DNA of 64,000 bases from positions 8,556,001 through 8,620,000 of the forward strand of contig JBHGNT010000016.1 in the NCBI GenBank assembly GCA_043228905.1, read 5' to 3'. The translations under genes were made by a program, and so were the position numbers. The notes under the pieces were generated by a model. That model made no database searches and was not told where the DNA came from. It worked only from the letters and a program-made list of their open reading frames with translations. The stretch comes from Azolla caroliniana. Taxonomy: Eukaryota; Plantae; Polypodiophyta. Positions 38,197-52,706 of this stretch are shown here, in pieces (positions within the stretch are counted from its first letter, which is position 1; every line of letters starts with the position of its first letter).

Positions 38197-39566
38197 TGTC
38201 GTGAAGATTTTCGGCAACAGTGTGAAAATTGTGTGGAACAGACAAAATTGAGAAGGTGTTCATTACACAAAATATAAAAATAAACCTAGGGCCTATTGAG
38301 ATTGAGTGCGTATAGAGAGGGTGCAAGCAAGATTTGAACCTTGTACCTCCAATGTAGAAGAGAATTGATTTACCACTAATACTATTATCATATACTTTAA
38401 ACTTTATGTATTTACTTTTCATATTCAAATTACATACGAAACAACAATACAAAACTGTGTGCACAAAACCATGGTTTTAAGCCAATGGTTTTGTGCATGT
38501 CACAAAGCAAAACTGTGTGCACAGAAACCATGGCTCCAAGCCCATGGTTTTGTGCATGGACAAACCTATAAAAACCCCTAGTAGGGCTTGTGTAAAGGGG
38601 GGCTCAATTTGGAGATCATCATCATCATCATCAATAATAATATAATACTCTTCTTATTCTTCTTCTTGACATTTATTTACTTCTCAAGTGTACAATCTTT
38701 CATCTTATGAAGTGTAATAGTGTTTCCTTGACTCTTAAAATTGACATCGTTCTCTTTACAATAACTTGGCAAACATCTTCCCTGGTCCAAGACCCCGGTG
38801 GTCCCACTCAAGTAGCACACGTGCACACGAATCTTTGCGACATCATTTGGTGAACCCGACATGAAGAGCGGCAAGGGAGGATGAAGATGGACGAGGAAGC
38901 TCTATTGGAGGCATACAAATACGAGAAACCGAAGGGACGAGGTTGGCACGAGTTCAACCAATGGGTATATCATCAATGAAGACCCACCAAAGTGCCATGC
39001 ACGCGTTCCTAGTGTTTGAGCATCGTTTTGGTCAAGTCTTAGAGCGGGAACAAAGATTGGTGGGGGTGGATAAGGTCCTGTTGTTCGTGAAGTCAATTGA
39101 TCGGAAGGAAAGGAAGCCAATTGAAATCAATCTTGAGGATGATGATGGAGCAAATGGCCTCACCGAGAATTGGGCCAAAGTCAAAAGAGTATGTTGGCAA
39201 CATGACAAGAGGAAGATGGGAATCTTGTCAACAATGTCACGACCCATGAGGGACGATCGAAGGAGGATGAGACGCGGCAACATGCCACCACCGAAGGAAG
39301 AAAGATCAAAGAGGGAAGGCTCGAGAATACTCGACATAGAAGTCTTTATGAGAGAGGCATTTGAGAACTTAAAGTCACAAGTCGAGGTTGAAGAGAAGCT
39401 TAAAATGGAGCCCAAATCGAGGCGAATGATGATCGAGGAAGAAGAGACCTCCCAACAAAGGTGGGTTACTGAAGTGGTTGATACAAAGGCTCAGGTTTGG
39501 TATGACAACGCCAAGAGACTTCAATTTGATTTATTGTATATTAAGAGGCTACAATATGAGTTATGA
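38197..39566 (+). mobile_element. Truncated Trp-group gypsy V: 5' LTR 38197-38842, PBS from 38848, gag remnant
   Basis: TGTCGTGAAG...TGCGACA then TGGTGAACCCGACATGAA. Gag VLLFVKSID...DDDGANGLTENW is homologous to the gag of element A. Confidence 0.82.
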
Positions 39567-41181
39567 AGGGTGGGGATATCCATTGTTTCTCCCTTGATTG
39601 TCAATATTAGAGATGGACTTGGCACTTTCGAGCAACATTCACCTAATTCGTCTACTATGGTCAACAATGGGGGCACATCATGTTTATTGAGTGTTATTCA
39701 TGGGGAGTGTAGTGAATCATGTTGGCACAAGAGTCTACTTTTGATTCTTCTCCTTGTATTATTATTTATTAGGCCATCCTTAATTAGATGTTGGACAATG
39801 CCGACCAAATCAGCTACTTAACAATTAGGTTAGTCAAAACCTAGTCAATTGCCCATGGAGCATCATAGGCACACCTATTAGTGAGTCAAACAAAGGCAAC
39901 TAGAGCATACAATTATGCACAACATGATATGTCATCTTGCTAAGTTATTTAGTATAGATGATGCATACAACGTTTTGGATATTCTCTCTAAATCATATTC
40001 AGCTCTTTAATGAGCTCCCGTAGAGCATTTTCTGATTTAACCCTTCGTACTTTTCTAAAATATTACATGTATATTCTAATTTTCAATAGCCAAATTATGC
40101 AAGGGGAGCTAGATACACTATAAAATAAGGATTGGCTTTATTTGTAGGGGCTCACAAGTTTACTAAAACTTAACAATAATGATTAAGGAGATCAAAGGCA
40201 AAACACACCGATTAAAGTCAATCTAAGGGTAAAACTAGTTCCCAAGGGCATGGACATTTGCATGGATTTATATTGGATGTAGGTAGATTAAAACTAGAGG
40301 AGATATTCACATTTTATAGCTTTTCGTTAGTAGCAGAGGCAGCTTTACAACATCATTAACCCTAATAATAATTCCACCAAAATCATTACCCCCACCTCAT
40401 TGCTATAAATGGGTCTTTAAGAGAGTCATAGTGCTTACACGCATACAAACAAAAGTTACCCTTGGCCTTTTATTATTTTTACACACCCTTAAAAAGGATA
40501 TAAATGTTCTTGCACGTCATGTAATAAACGCATTGCAAATCAGCCAAAAGTTTACCTTTAGAATCACTCATTTTTCTATAAGATCAACAAATATCATTAT
40601 AATCAAACATTATCCAAGACAATACAAATACTGTCACCAATACATATTACTTTTAGTAAGCCCCAATAATGTTAATTCCTTAGTATCATTGTTGGTGGAG
40701 TTTGACCTAACAAAAAAGCTACTTGACTTTAATTTTGACTTTCACAAAACAAAATTACACGGGAAAAATATAAAACATTTCACTCATGTATGAGATAGTA
40801 TCAATAATGTCCTAATAATCCATCAATGGATCGACAATCCTGACCTTACTCTAATAGGTACAAGTCTTTATATGAACTCTTTCATGATTTGTACGATATC
40901 CATGAATTACAATTATTCAAAGTTTTTTAATCCTTTCCTAAGAAAATTGGTTGTTTTCGTTCCTTAGTGAAGGGGGAATGCGTTGCTGTTAATATATACA
41001 TATTTACACATACATACATATACATAGATTCATAGATAGATGGATAAATAGGTAGTTTAGTAAACCTGAGTCTAAATTATAACAAATCAAAGTGTACTCT
41101 ATAACAAATCAAATATTCTTTATTGACATTAAAACTTATTAGAGCCGATGTGACACATGAGGCTTCATCTACCAAATAGCT

Positions 41182-44100
41182 CTACAAATGACCTCTCGAA
41201 GAAGCTGCGCTTTGAGTGATGCGATGATTCAAATATGTTTCAACGTTATCCAAACCACAAAGAGTTTTGACTTTCTCCATAGAGGCTGGGGTATCCAACT
41301 CAAAGTATCTCGTGTCCAACCTCTCATTATGGCATGCCCAATTCTTGAATCTATCTTCTCGGGCAGCTTCTATGGCATGTCGTACTGCTGAGTGTACCGA
41401 CCCTGCCAATAGCAAAGGAGGTTCTCCACATGCTACACAAACATATTAACCCAAGTTAGGTAAAGAAATCAGCCCTCAACTAACACTGAATGGTTTGAAT
41501 GTGGGTGATCTTTTGATTTTGAGATTTCATTGTTTTTGTTTGTACTCCATGGTTCGAATATGTATTTAGGAAACCATTTTGAATTTTCATCATCACTACA
41601 AGTCAATCAAGGACTACACAAATGGGCTCCCGACTAGGACATAACCAAGGGTTTACAATAGATTGGGCAATAGCAACTTGACATGCACGTAGGCCCAAGC
41701 CTTCTGAACCAGAACCTCACCACCCTTATCATTGACAGATAAAGTTCATTATCTCCCACCATTGCAAGTGCTTGCCTCATTTTAGAGACCTATGGTGGAG
41801 ATCTTTCAAGAAAAAAATTACAATATATCTTACTTGAGAATATTACACATACCCATAACAAGATTCTTTAGTCTCTTTTTTAACATTTATTTACTTTGAT
41901 TTGTTGTTATCAAAGAGAAGACAACACTTAAGATGTAATCTCTTGTTCAAGGTCTTTTATGCCATTTTTGGCCTCTCATAAGACATCAATAATTCTTTCT
42001 TTCTTTCATTTGCCCATCAAGAATACCATTTTGGGAAGCTTTCAAGAAAGCCATGGTCTCTTGCACAAACAAATGCTTTTCGGTCAAGCACATGACTTAC
42101 AAAGGCATCAAAGCACATGCTTGGTGAACTAATATGTTTAATCATGCAATTTGACCACATGAGAAGAAAGGGAGTTTTAGCAAATCCAGTTGGAAATGCT
42201 TGTAGTCATATAGCCATGGTAGATAAAGGTCAAATATATTGTGAAGCCATGGTGATGAGCGTTTATTTATATGTTGATCAGCATGCGAGCATGGAAGAAG
42301 ATGGATGAACATTGGGTCTTAGCCAATGATCACATGAGATGGGAAAAAGAGTCATGTATGTGTGTCCACCGCTCTTTGTAGTCTTCTACTTTGAGTCTCT
42401 GAGTTTTTTATTGGCCTATCATGGCCACAGCTTTTATGATGTTGTCAGACTAATAATTTTCTCATGTATGTAGAATTTATACTAATGAAGCATATTGTTT
42501 TGGAAAAAAAAAACAATGTTTAATCATGCATTGCAACATGGCATGACTTACAATTAGAGTACAACTTGGATGAAACCTTTAAATAAAGTGGAGATGTAAA
42601 TATTGTAGACAACTGAACAATCATGTTTGACTCACTTATGTTCAATTATTTGGATATATGATGGAATCAAAGGTAAGTGCATGAGCTGAAGAAACCATAA
42701 AAGTACTTATATTACATATGTCCTTACCTCAAACTTGCTTCAAAGTGAAATGGGACCTTGAGGCATAAATTATGAGACTAGATACTTTCCACACATCTTT
42801 CTACCCAACCCAATCCTTGCATGAATTTCTCTCATAGTCATAGTGTGCACGCTCAATTGCAACATTTATAGGTCATATTTGACCTCCCAAAACAATAATA
42901 GAATCTATCCATCTATCAACTTGTCAACAAAAAGTGTTTTAAGTTCTTCTTTCATGACATTGTTTAATAGCTGTTTCCAGTCCTTGCTCCTCCCAAACTT
43001 TTAAAATCAGCCAAGATGGCATTGCATTGCTAGTCTAGTATGGTTGAGGACCATCGGTCCCAAATCTAGAGTTGTCGAGGCTGTTAGGCCTTGGGATTGG
43101 CATGTGGTTGTTACAATTAGCATTGCTTGTGTGGACATGGGTGCATTTATTTACAAAGTTGTGGCTTATAAAGTTGGACCTTCATTTAGAGCTAATGTAG
43201 GATCATTTTAGATTGCCAACATTGCAGGTCTTGTAGCTTATTCTCTCTCTTGAATGTTTGCTTTAAATGCAGGTTTTAGAAGCTTAACTATATTTAAATG
43301 CCATGTTTTCAGGGTTTGGGCTTTACATTACTGCGTTCTCTTGCATTAATTATTGCAATAACTAATCTTCAGTGAGAAATGTTATTCGCATACCTTTCGA
43401 TGAGAGTATCCGATTACTATGAGCAGCACCATTGGTGATCTCCACCAAAAATTTCCGAGGTATGTTGTCAAGAGTTGGAGGCTTGTATGTCCATGTACCA
43501 TTTGAAACTACCTCCCCATTGCCATCCACTTCATACTCCTCTGTCAGAAAGAAACCAATTCCCTGTACAAAGGCTCCTTCTATCTGTGCAAATACACATT
43601 ATTTTAGAAGTGTAAGACACAAATTCAATGATACACTCTCACAAAACAGATGGAATTGGTTAAGCTCCAAGTAGATTTTCTTTTAAGAGTTTTGTTGTGA
43701 AGACCCTATAAAAGTATATTTTAAAGCCAGAATTGCCTCAACAATATCTCTTTTCAAACCTGTCCTATATCTACTGCTGGATTCAAGCTTCGCCCAGAAT
43801 CATAGATAAGATCAGATTTAAGGATAGTAACAGCTCCTGTAAGAACATTCAGTTCGACCTGAACCAAGAAAGAAAAGCACATATCTCAAATGCCTATTTG
43901 AAAGCCAGAAATGGAGCAGTAAGTAGAAGGAAAAAAAATATTCACCTCAGTGGCTGCTACACCATAAGTAAGGTAGTTCTCAATGCTTTTATCCGGAAAC
44001 CAATGAACCTGAGCTGACAGATTAATGTTGGATTCCGCTGCCTACATCCCATTGAGAAAGATGATTCTCTTAGAGAGTGTTCAATGAAACATACGTCAAA

Positions 44101-47100
44101 CCTTTCAGGCAATGGAGATTAAAATCTGAAATATTTCATATGCATGTACGCGTTTGAAGAGTGGGAGGGTAGATGAATGTCAAAAACATAAGCTTCATTT
44201 TGAAATTTGACAAAATAATCACTTGAAAAAATCAAATGCGTCTTATATAGGTGGCCACCACTCTCTCTTGGAAAAGGGGTAGAATGTGAGGAGTTTCATT
44301 ATAAATTCAACAGCCAACTCCTCTTCGATGAATTTAGAACAGGTTTAAACCGAACTGAGAAGAAACATACATAAAAAGGATCTGCAAGCAACATATATGA
44401 ATACACAACTCATTATAGACTCAGACCACTCAATTTCCCAATGCACAAGACAGTAGTACCACATGAGGTTTAGATCTTAAAATTAGAAGTGAAACACAAA
44501 TGTGAACAAAGAAAAGCAAGACCTAAGTAGGCAAATATGGTTGATGATAAAGAATAGATACAATAGATTTTTTATCATCCACAAGGACGTCAATTTGACC
44601 TATGCAACCAAATAAACATATCACCTTCTATGTGACTCCTTCCTAATAAGGGGGTTTACTAATCTGTAATAAAAACTCTCTATGTGAAAATAATGCATGT
44701 ACAAATGTGCTCACCATTTTTGGTGAGGATTGATTATGACATTTAAATTATCATGACCACCTAACAAGTCATCATACTTCTCACAAGTTACCTTATATTC
44801 TGAGCATGTGAGAATTAAGTGACATCCATCCTCCACTAGGTTTTCATTGCATACCTTGCATATCTTCATACTTGGGTGATGATACCATGATGGTACCTCA
44901 ACACCTAATTTGTGTGAGCAAGTTCGAAGAACTGTTAAGGCTCTTCAAGAGGCAAGGTTCATGGGGGGGTAGTAAGATGCAATTGGATAAGTTTTGGCAT
45001 TTTTTCCTTGCATTAGGGCCAACATTGAGTATTAACATTTACAATGTTCGAATTTCATAATTTTAGCATGTTGCCACTTCATTTCTAGTTGCCTCTAGTA
45101 ATCTATCGTCAATAATCACATACTTTATAGCATCACCTGAAAGTTCCAATTGGTCTTTTACTCCCCATCTTTTAAACCATTTCATGATGTCAAGCACCCA
45201 ACGAAATGAGAGGATTTCATAAATACTCTTAATGTAACCAAATGATCAACAATGGAATGTTTTGGTCTAAAGCATTCTTGACCAAGTAATTGTTTGTAAA
45301 AATGTTCCACCTATAAGCTAACCTTTTGTTCCATGATAGTGCTATATAACTGGGACGTAACTGAGCTAACCATGATAGTTGGATTACCAAAATTTTATCC
45401 CTTCCTTTATGGATTGGTATAATCCAATTCATGACCCAATCTTCCAAAACACCTTTCTTGATAGCTTGATCCATGATAGAATGGTAGAAGGAGAGAGCAT
45501 AAAAAGGCAGTATTGTTGATGGGCCATTGAAGGAGACATTATCAGGACTCAAATGGTAAGGAATGTATGGAATGCTAAAAGAGGAAGAAAGACAGAGAGT
45601 GAAACCCAAAATGTCCTATGAGACTGAGTGAGAGATTACCTTTGAAAATGTTGCACCCTCATGGCGAATAAACCATAATAAATAAATATATTGAAGTATA
45701 TTAGTCAAATTGGTTAAGGACTAAAATATTTATGTTAAACTTCCTTTCACCAAACTTCAATAAAATATACGCCCATGTAACTAATGGTCTCAAAGGTCAC
45801 TGCCTTTAGAAGATGCTATTGTAAAATTCATTCTCATTTCATTTCTGCCCATACACTTTTAACTCTAGATCATACCACATAGTTTAGCTTAGAAGTGACC
45901 AATCATGATTGTCCTATATAGTTGCAAGGTATCATCAGATATCCACACTTGAAGATCCATACAATGGTATAGTCTGTCCAGCTAGTTAGGAGACACTTAC
46001 ACAGGTTCTATTTATTAAACATATGTGCAAGAAGCAGGATGAATATGTCACATGCATAGATATAATATTGAGCTATTAATCCATCATGTTCCTCTGCCTT
46101 TCCAAATTACAGACGATCAATTGTCTTTAAATCATAATATGTAAACTAAAATACGTGGATTCATGTCAGCGTGAGCTATATGGATTGGGGAATGGGGCTG
46201 CCCACGAATGTCGTAGGGGCTAAGGTGAAGTTAGTTGTGTGCTAGGTTGCCTCTCATAAAATATTCTGCAAGCTCATTTACCATCTTGTCAAAGGAATAA
46301 TCTATACTCCTCTGCTTTAATCAAGTTTAGCCAAATATGATCTCTTCTTCTTCTTCATAAGGTGCTGGAAGTTTGCTCTTGTGTGTCTAAGTATGCAAAT
46401 CTCCTGACTCACTTCCTGTAGGAAGTGTCTCCTTGTACCACAACATTCTTCACCACAAGAATGTGTTGGTATGTCTCAATTGTAATCTGGGGAAGGACAT
46501 TTATGGCTACAAAATACAATGATTTTGAGAAATCTTGAGTGACTCCCTCAAGGGTGAAGAAAGGATGCACACACTTCACAAAAGTATATACATCAACCAT
46601 GAAGAAGCGAGCACAACTTCTGCTACAATTTTTCCATATATGGTCTTACATCTACCAAGATACACTGCACGCGCATTGGAGTTCCCTAATAGCATTATAT
46701 CTATTATTTCAATCTTAAAAGGAAGGACTGTTTTATCAATCATTGTTTTCTCTCAGCAGTTCTCTATGAGGCCAAACAGTTTGGATATAAGGCAAGATAT
46801 TCTAGGAGTCAGGCCCAACTTTGCTCAACTAATATAAGTAAAGCTGTAAGTACCGATTGATTCTCTATTTTTTCTAGAATCCGTATACAAAAGAGCTTTC
46901 GTAAGAACTCTTTGGTAAACATTCTATATTGTGTTTCTTTAGCACTGGACAGCTCTTTTGTGAAGCCTACTTCGAAACCTTATATGTAAGGCGTAAAATT
47001 GAGGAGTTATTTAAATCTGTTGTGCTGGATATAGATATAGAATTATATATTTGTAATCCATTAACAAAAAATCACATACAGGGTATCTGCACACAACAGG

Positions 47101-50100
47101 CCTTTCCGCATGTGGTTTCTCTTTTAGGTTTTGGATGTGCATCACATTGTGCTTTGCATGTATAACTCCTTTTAATTAAGTACTGATACCTGGGTTACTC
47201 AAGAAAACATCATTTCTTTGGAACCTAAGCAATTAATAGACTCACAAATTGCAGCAATGATAAGGCAATCAACGAAGCAATAATGCCCTGATCAAAGGGC
47301 AGAAACTAAAAGCATAACGCGACATTCCGAGATTGAGGACATACCGATGTGATCAAATCATGCCACGAAACATAGCCATCAGAAGACAGCTGCTCTTTCT
47401 GGAGTTTTAGTGGCATTAACCTGTCAACCAAGACCTCACATGCTCTTCTGGCGGCTTCACAATTACCTTCTGATGTACTGCTACTGCCAGTCATCCCACC
47501 ATATGGCAAACTAATGGTATCTGCCTGAACCACCCGAACATTTAGTGATTCAGAAGCTCTGCTATTAGCCGGACATAAACAACTCAATCCAAAAACAGTA
47601 GCTTGCTTCACTTTAGTCCAAAGGCCTTGTCCAATCTCAATTCCCCCTACTTCAACAACTATGGATCCATCCTTAAAGATGCTCACTCTCGCAGCTTTGG
47701 CTAGCTGTTCCACATCATAAACACACGGTATAACTGACACCCCTCGTTTACGCCATGAGCTGACACTATTGAAGGTGGTTATTTCTTTCCTTGTACATTC
47801 GATGCGTTTCAGCATAGCGTTCCACATTGAAGGCAGCGTATAGCCTTCAGTTCCACCAGTGATGGATTTGGGATGGAACAATTTTGCACTGTCAAGTGTA
47901 TGCAGATTCCTTGTAATCACAGTGTGTACATCTAAACCAAGTGTAGCTGCCACATGTTCCATTATTGTGTCTGCAATGAAGGATCCCTGAACATAGCCAG
48001 GAGCCCTCATTGCACTTTTGCTGCATAGATTGGTCTTGCATACTTTCGTATCAACATCCATGCACCCCCAATTATACTTTTTCAGAGCTGAAGAAAGTGT
48101 GGGCAACATAATTGGACTGAAATCTACTGACCAACCAGCATCGATGAAAAGCCGAGCTGACAGGCTAGTTACCCTCCCATCAGATTTGAACCCAACTGAA
48201 TATATTGTTTTTGTTGGATGGCGCCCACCCATCATTAAAATGTCCGTCTTACGATCGAGGTACATCCGCACTGGACACCGCAATCGCTTTGCAGCGACTG
48301 CACATGCAGATGCCACCTGACATGAAAAATAGCTTTGTTAAATGATGAATTTATCTATAGAAGAAAATAAAATTGAGGTACTATATGCATTTCCTTTACC
48401 GTGATGTTTCTAAAAACCTTCCCACCAAACCCACCTCCTACTCGTCTTGTTATTACGCGTACATTATGGATTGGTATGCCAAGACAAGTGGATATGCACC
48501 CTTGCAAGAACTCTGGATATTGAGAAGAACTGTAGACCACCATACAATCATCTTCATCTGGTATGGCAAGCGCAGTCTGAGTCTCCATATAAAAGTAATA
48601 CTGAGACCCTGTTTTCACCTGTGCAACAATAACTTGAAGCATCATTCAAAGTAGATATTGATCCTGAAATCTATTGCAACCCCTCTCAATCTCCTTCTAA
48701 CATCCATGCCATGGTTTACAAGTAAAACATGCCAAGTCGAATGAGACTATAATTTTTTGTTAGGAATATGTACCTCGGCATTTGTTATTTTATGATCTGC
48801 TTCCAGGAAACCTTTTTCAATATCACCGACGGGTTCCGTACTTAGAAAAGCTGGCATTGCAAAGAAACTGTTCCTTTCCACTGCATCTTCAATACCAAGA
48901 ATTGGTAATTCATGCACTTCATACTCCACTCTCACTATTGATGCACCATGCGCCGCATGTTCCCGTGAATCTGCAACCTATATGCAAAATGATAGTAATC
49001 ATAGAGCAACTTTAATGGTGATACTGTTCCCCAACCACACACAACATACACCAGAATGTGTCTAGGTATCTCCCATGTTCAAAAAATATTAAATTTTTTT
49101 CTTTATTACAGATTGACACAGTCTTTCCCCATGTCCCAAAGAGTCCATGTTTCCCTAGATTCAAAGGCCTTTTTTACAATTGGAAGAAGGTTTGGGCACT
49201 TTCTCATTCGGAAATCATGGTAGGAAAATGGCTTAAACTTATATTGGTTGGATCACAATATTGATAAGTGGGGATTGCATACCACAATGCCAAGTGGATG
49301 GCCAACATATTCAACCACCTCTGTTGCAAACAGACATTCTATAGGAAGGTTGGGTAACAGTGGAGAAGGCCCCACATTCTTCCCATTTTTAGGAATATCC
49401 TCAGCCGATATGAATGCTACTACTCCAGGTGATTCAAGTGCAAGTGAGTAATCAATGCTCTTGACTTTTGCAGAGGCTTTTGTACTCAACACAAAAGCAG
49501 CAAATAAGCAATGCTGAGGAGAAGGAATATCGTCCACATAGACAGCCTCACCTACATACAAGAAATTCAACTTTTATCAGAGTATTAGGACGAGAAAAAA
49601 CATATACTTTTTCTGCTAAAAGAAAATCAGAAAGCATGCATCATATTCAAAATTGGTTTCTGTTGTACTTGTTGCTAATTCAGAAACACTTTATTTATTT
49701 ATTATTATTATAAGAAACAGCATGCATCGTTGTAATCAAGATTTGGTGCGAGTGAGGTTGAACCTGAAGCTTGAATAGCTGCTTCGGTTTTCTGAATCGG
49801 CTGGCCAATAAAATCATCATCTTCATATGTTGGCACAATTTGATTACCAGATATGTTGAAACCAGGCTCGAGTACCTCATTTGGCATGGAATTCCGCATA
49901 GATATTTCACTACTCTGGAATGTTTGTCCATTGTTTGGTTGTTTGGCATCATCTCCCACATTTGGGATGCTTGAGGCCGGGGCATCATTTTCTACATGAG
50001 GCAACAACGGCAAAAAAAATTCAAAGAGCAGCCCTACAGCTACAGAATATCTATAGGCATACTTTTTCGTGTCTTTCAACGGAACAGCCAGCTCATCCTT

Positions 50101-52349
50101 CAATATCCTGATGGCTTCCATGAGAACGTTTTCATCAATTGATTTACCAGTTAAGTAATTCTCAACTGCATGTACCCTAATGGCATGGGCATTGCCAAAT
50201 GCACCGAAAGCTATTTTGGCATCCAGAATAGACCTCTCTGAACTTCCTTCCGACCGGCATGATATAGTGACCAAGAATGCTGCATTAACGAATGCCAAAG
50301 CATTTCCTAATTCACGGGGAGCCGCTCGATAGCTTTTGAACAACCGCTGCCGGTTTGTACTTAGTGGAAGGAAAATGGATTCTAGTAACATATCTGGCTC
50401 AGGGAATCCCTTCTTCATGAACTCTTCCAAAGCCATGATGGATGGCTCCCCACGAGACGCAACCAACTTCACTGTCGCATCAATCACGAGGAATAGAGGT
50501 ACTAAGTCTGAGGCAAAGCGCAACCGTTGGGCCATGATGAGGTTACCTCCGACACTAGCTCGATGGCGGACATGGGGGTTCGCTACTTTCTTTAAATGTG
50601 AAACGAGACCATCAGTTACAACGTTATCATAGTTACCACACATCCCCTCGAGTAAACCTATAAGCTTCTCTATAGTAACAGCGGCCCCTATTTCAAGCCC
50701 AATGGGTGTCTTTTGAACGGCTAAAAGCTCTGGAATTCGGCTTATATCCACATACACTCTAGAAGGGACTGAGTCTTTATAGTATCCCCAACTGGTATTC
50801 CCAACAGTGAGCTTAACCCTGTTTCTCTCCCCACATTGAATTGACTCCTGCAAAACTTCAAAAGCATGGTGTAAAGAGCTTGCTTGGACCCATAACCTCT
50901 CCTCTGCTATAGTAAGACCTTTGGTAGGCTCTCTATATCTAATAGATAAAGGTGGGGGGGCATCGAGCTCCTTGCGATGTAAATATCTGAGATTGATTTC
51001 TTGGATGAGGAAGTCTGGGAAATCCGGGTGGATTGGAGCAGCAGTACAAGTAGTGGTAGCGCCGGCTGCCGGTGCCAGTAGAGGCGGAAGAGAGCAGAGG
51101 TTAGCGTCTTTACGGGAAGCCCAGAATTTGTTGATCCCTAAGTCTTCCACATCAACTTCAGCTGAGAAGCTCTTGCATGCATCCAGGATGGGGCGGTAGC
51201 CTGTACAGCGGCAGATGTTGCCAACAATGGCTTTCTGTGCATCGGAAAGGGAGAGCGTTGGAAGAGTATACTGGAAAGGGGATTTACTGTGTGGTATCAT
51301 TGTAAGAGAGCTGCTGGAGGTAAGGCTTGAATCATGGCTGCTAGAGTTAGGGTTGGAAGTAGGTATTATTCCGTTACCTGCTGCAGTGGAGCCATTAGTA
51401 AGTGTAATGAGGAGGGGGTTAGTAGCAGTTGAAGGGTGGATGTTATGCAGTCCATCAGTGAGGAGATTATGTTGTGGTGGCACAGGAGAGGATGAGGCAT
51501 GAGTGCTAGGGTTAGGGTTAGGGTTAGGGTTAGGGTTTCCATTGGTGGTGGTGGTGTGCAGCAGGCAGCTGGAGAGGGCAATGCACATACCGGGGGTGCA
51601 GAAGCCACACTGGGAGGCATGGAAACCGGCGATGCGTTGTTGGACGGCGGAGAAGGAGGAGGAGGAGGAGAGGGCTTCGATGGTGGTGATGGAGCAGCAG
51701 TGGAGGGAGCAGAGGAGGGCAAGGCAGGCATTGATGCTGGAGTGCTGAAGCCGCCGGTGGGGGAAGGCGGGGTCGGGGTCGTAGGAGGTGCAGAGGACGA
51801 GGCAAGCGCCACAACCGCCTGCCCGTGAGTGAGTGAGTTAGATAGATAGAAAAAAATTAAGATCACTAAAAAAGGGGGAGAAAACTACAACTGTAGTGAT
51901 GAATGGATGGATGGATGGATGGATGGATAGATAATTAATACATACATACAAACAAATTACAATAGCATAGCATAGAATAGAATTATAGAAAAGTGACATG
52001 GATAGTAGGTAGTAGATAGTAGATAAGAGAGTGGTGGTGTACCTTCGGCGCAGGAGAGCTTGGTGCCGGTGAAGCGCGTGTGGGAGCGGAGGAAGGAGAG
52101 GAGGGTGAGGGAAGGGTCGGGCGACTCCACCTCCACCCGCTCCCCGTTCAACGCCAGCACCACCACATTATTATTATAATTATTATTATTATTCACACTC
52201 ACACTCACACCACTACCACTACCACTACCACTACCACTACCACTACCACTACCACTACTGCTCCTCCTCTTCCGCCAGCCCGCCTCCTCCGCCTCCGTCA
52301 CTTTAGCCGACGCCGCCTCCACCTCCGCCTCTTTCGCCGCCGGCGCCAT
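41182..52349 (-). CDS. AO: Aldehyde oxidase (indole-3-acetaldehyde/abscisic-aldehyde oxidase family). Exons 52349-52043, 51818-49764, 49551-49283, 48977-48774, 48618-48400, 48316-47345, 44041-43946, 43858-43760, 43583-43394, 41432-41182
   Basis: All introns GT-AG and the exon total (4662 nt) is in frame. 2Fe-2S motifs GTKLSCAEGGCGAC, QCGFCTPG and GNICRCTGYRP; FAD domain; Moco motifs GGGFGGKV, AMRAPG, EIGQGL, IEGAFVQG, KACGEPPL. Lacks the XDH-diagnostic GGKE and AFRGFG. Confidence 0.93.
45060..45470 (-). pseudogene. Highly decayed LINE RT remnant in AO intron 6
   Basis: WVMNWIIPIHKGRDK resembles the 'PIHKGGD' segment of LINE G. Confidence 0.55.
51507..51538. repeat. (TTAGGG)4-5 repeat within AO exon 2, encoding an Asn-Pro repeat
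   Basis: ctagggttagggttagggttagggttagggtt; the minus strand encodes NPNPNPNPNP. Confidence 0.9.
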
Positions 52350-52387
52350 CTCCAAACGGACAGCGACACCAACACCAACAACACCAG

Positions 52388-52429
<42 letters not shown>

Positions 52430-52706
52430 TACATCTTTCTTTCTTTCTTTCTCTCTCTACACGGATTCTTCTTCTTTTTATCTTTTCCCTTCTTCTCTTC
52501 CTTTTTTTTTTCCTTTTTTTTTCCTTTTTTTTCGTAAAACTCCTTTCTCTTTCTCTTTCCTTTTTCTTCTTTTTCTTTCTCTTCTGTTTTTCTTCTTCTT
52601 ACTATTTTTTATTCTTTTTCTTTTATCTTTCCCCTTATTCTTATTTTTCTTTTCCCTCCTTTTCTGTTTCCTTTTCCTTTTCTTTATTCTTCTTCTTTTT
52701 TTTTCC
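52388..52706. repeat. (CT)n plus long polypyrimidine tract just upstream of the AO start codon
   Basis: About 320 bp almost entirely C/T on plus, so GA/A-rich on the gene's sense strand. Confidence 0.9.

Noticed and set aside
51507-51538. Interstitial telomere or chromosome-fusion scar
   Set aside because: Only 4-5 units, in frame within an exon; better explained as a coding microsatellite.
41182-52349. Xanthine dehydrogenase call
   Set aside because: Lacks the GGGFGGKE glutamate and AFRGFG; has AO-type residues.
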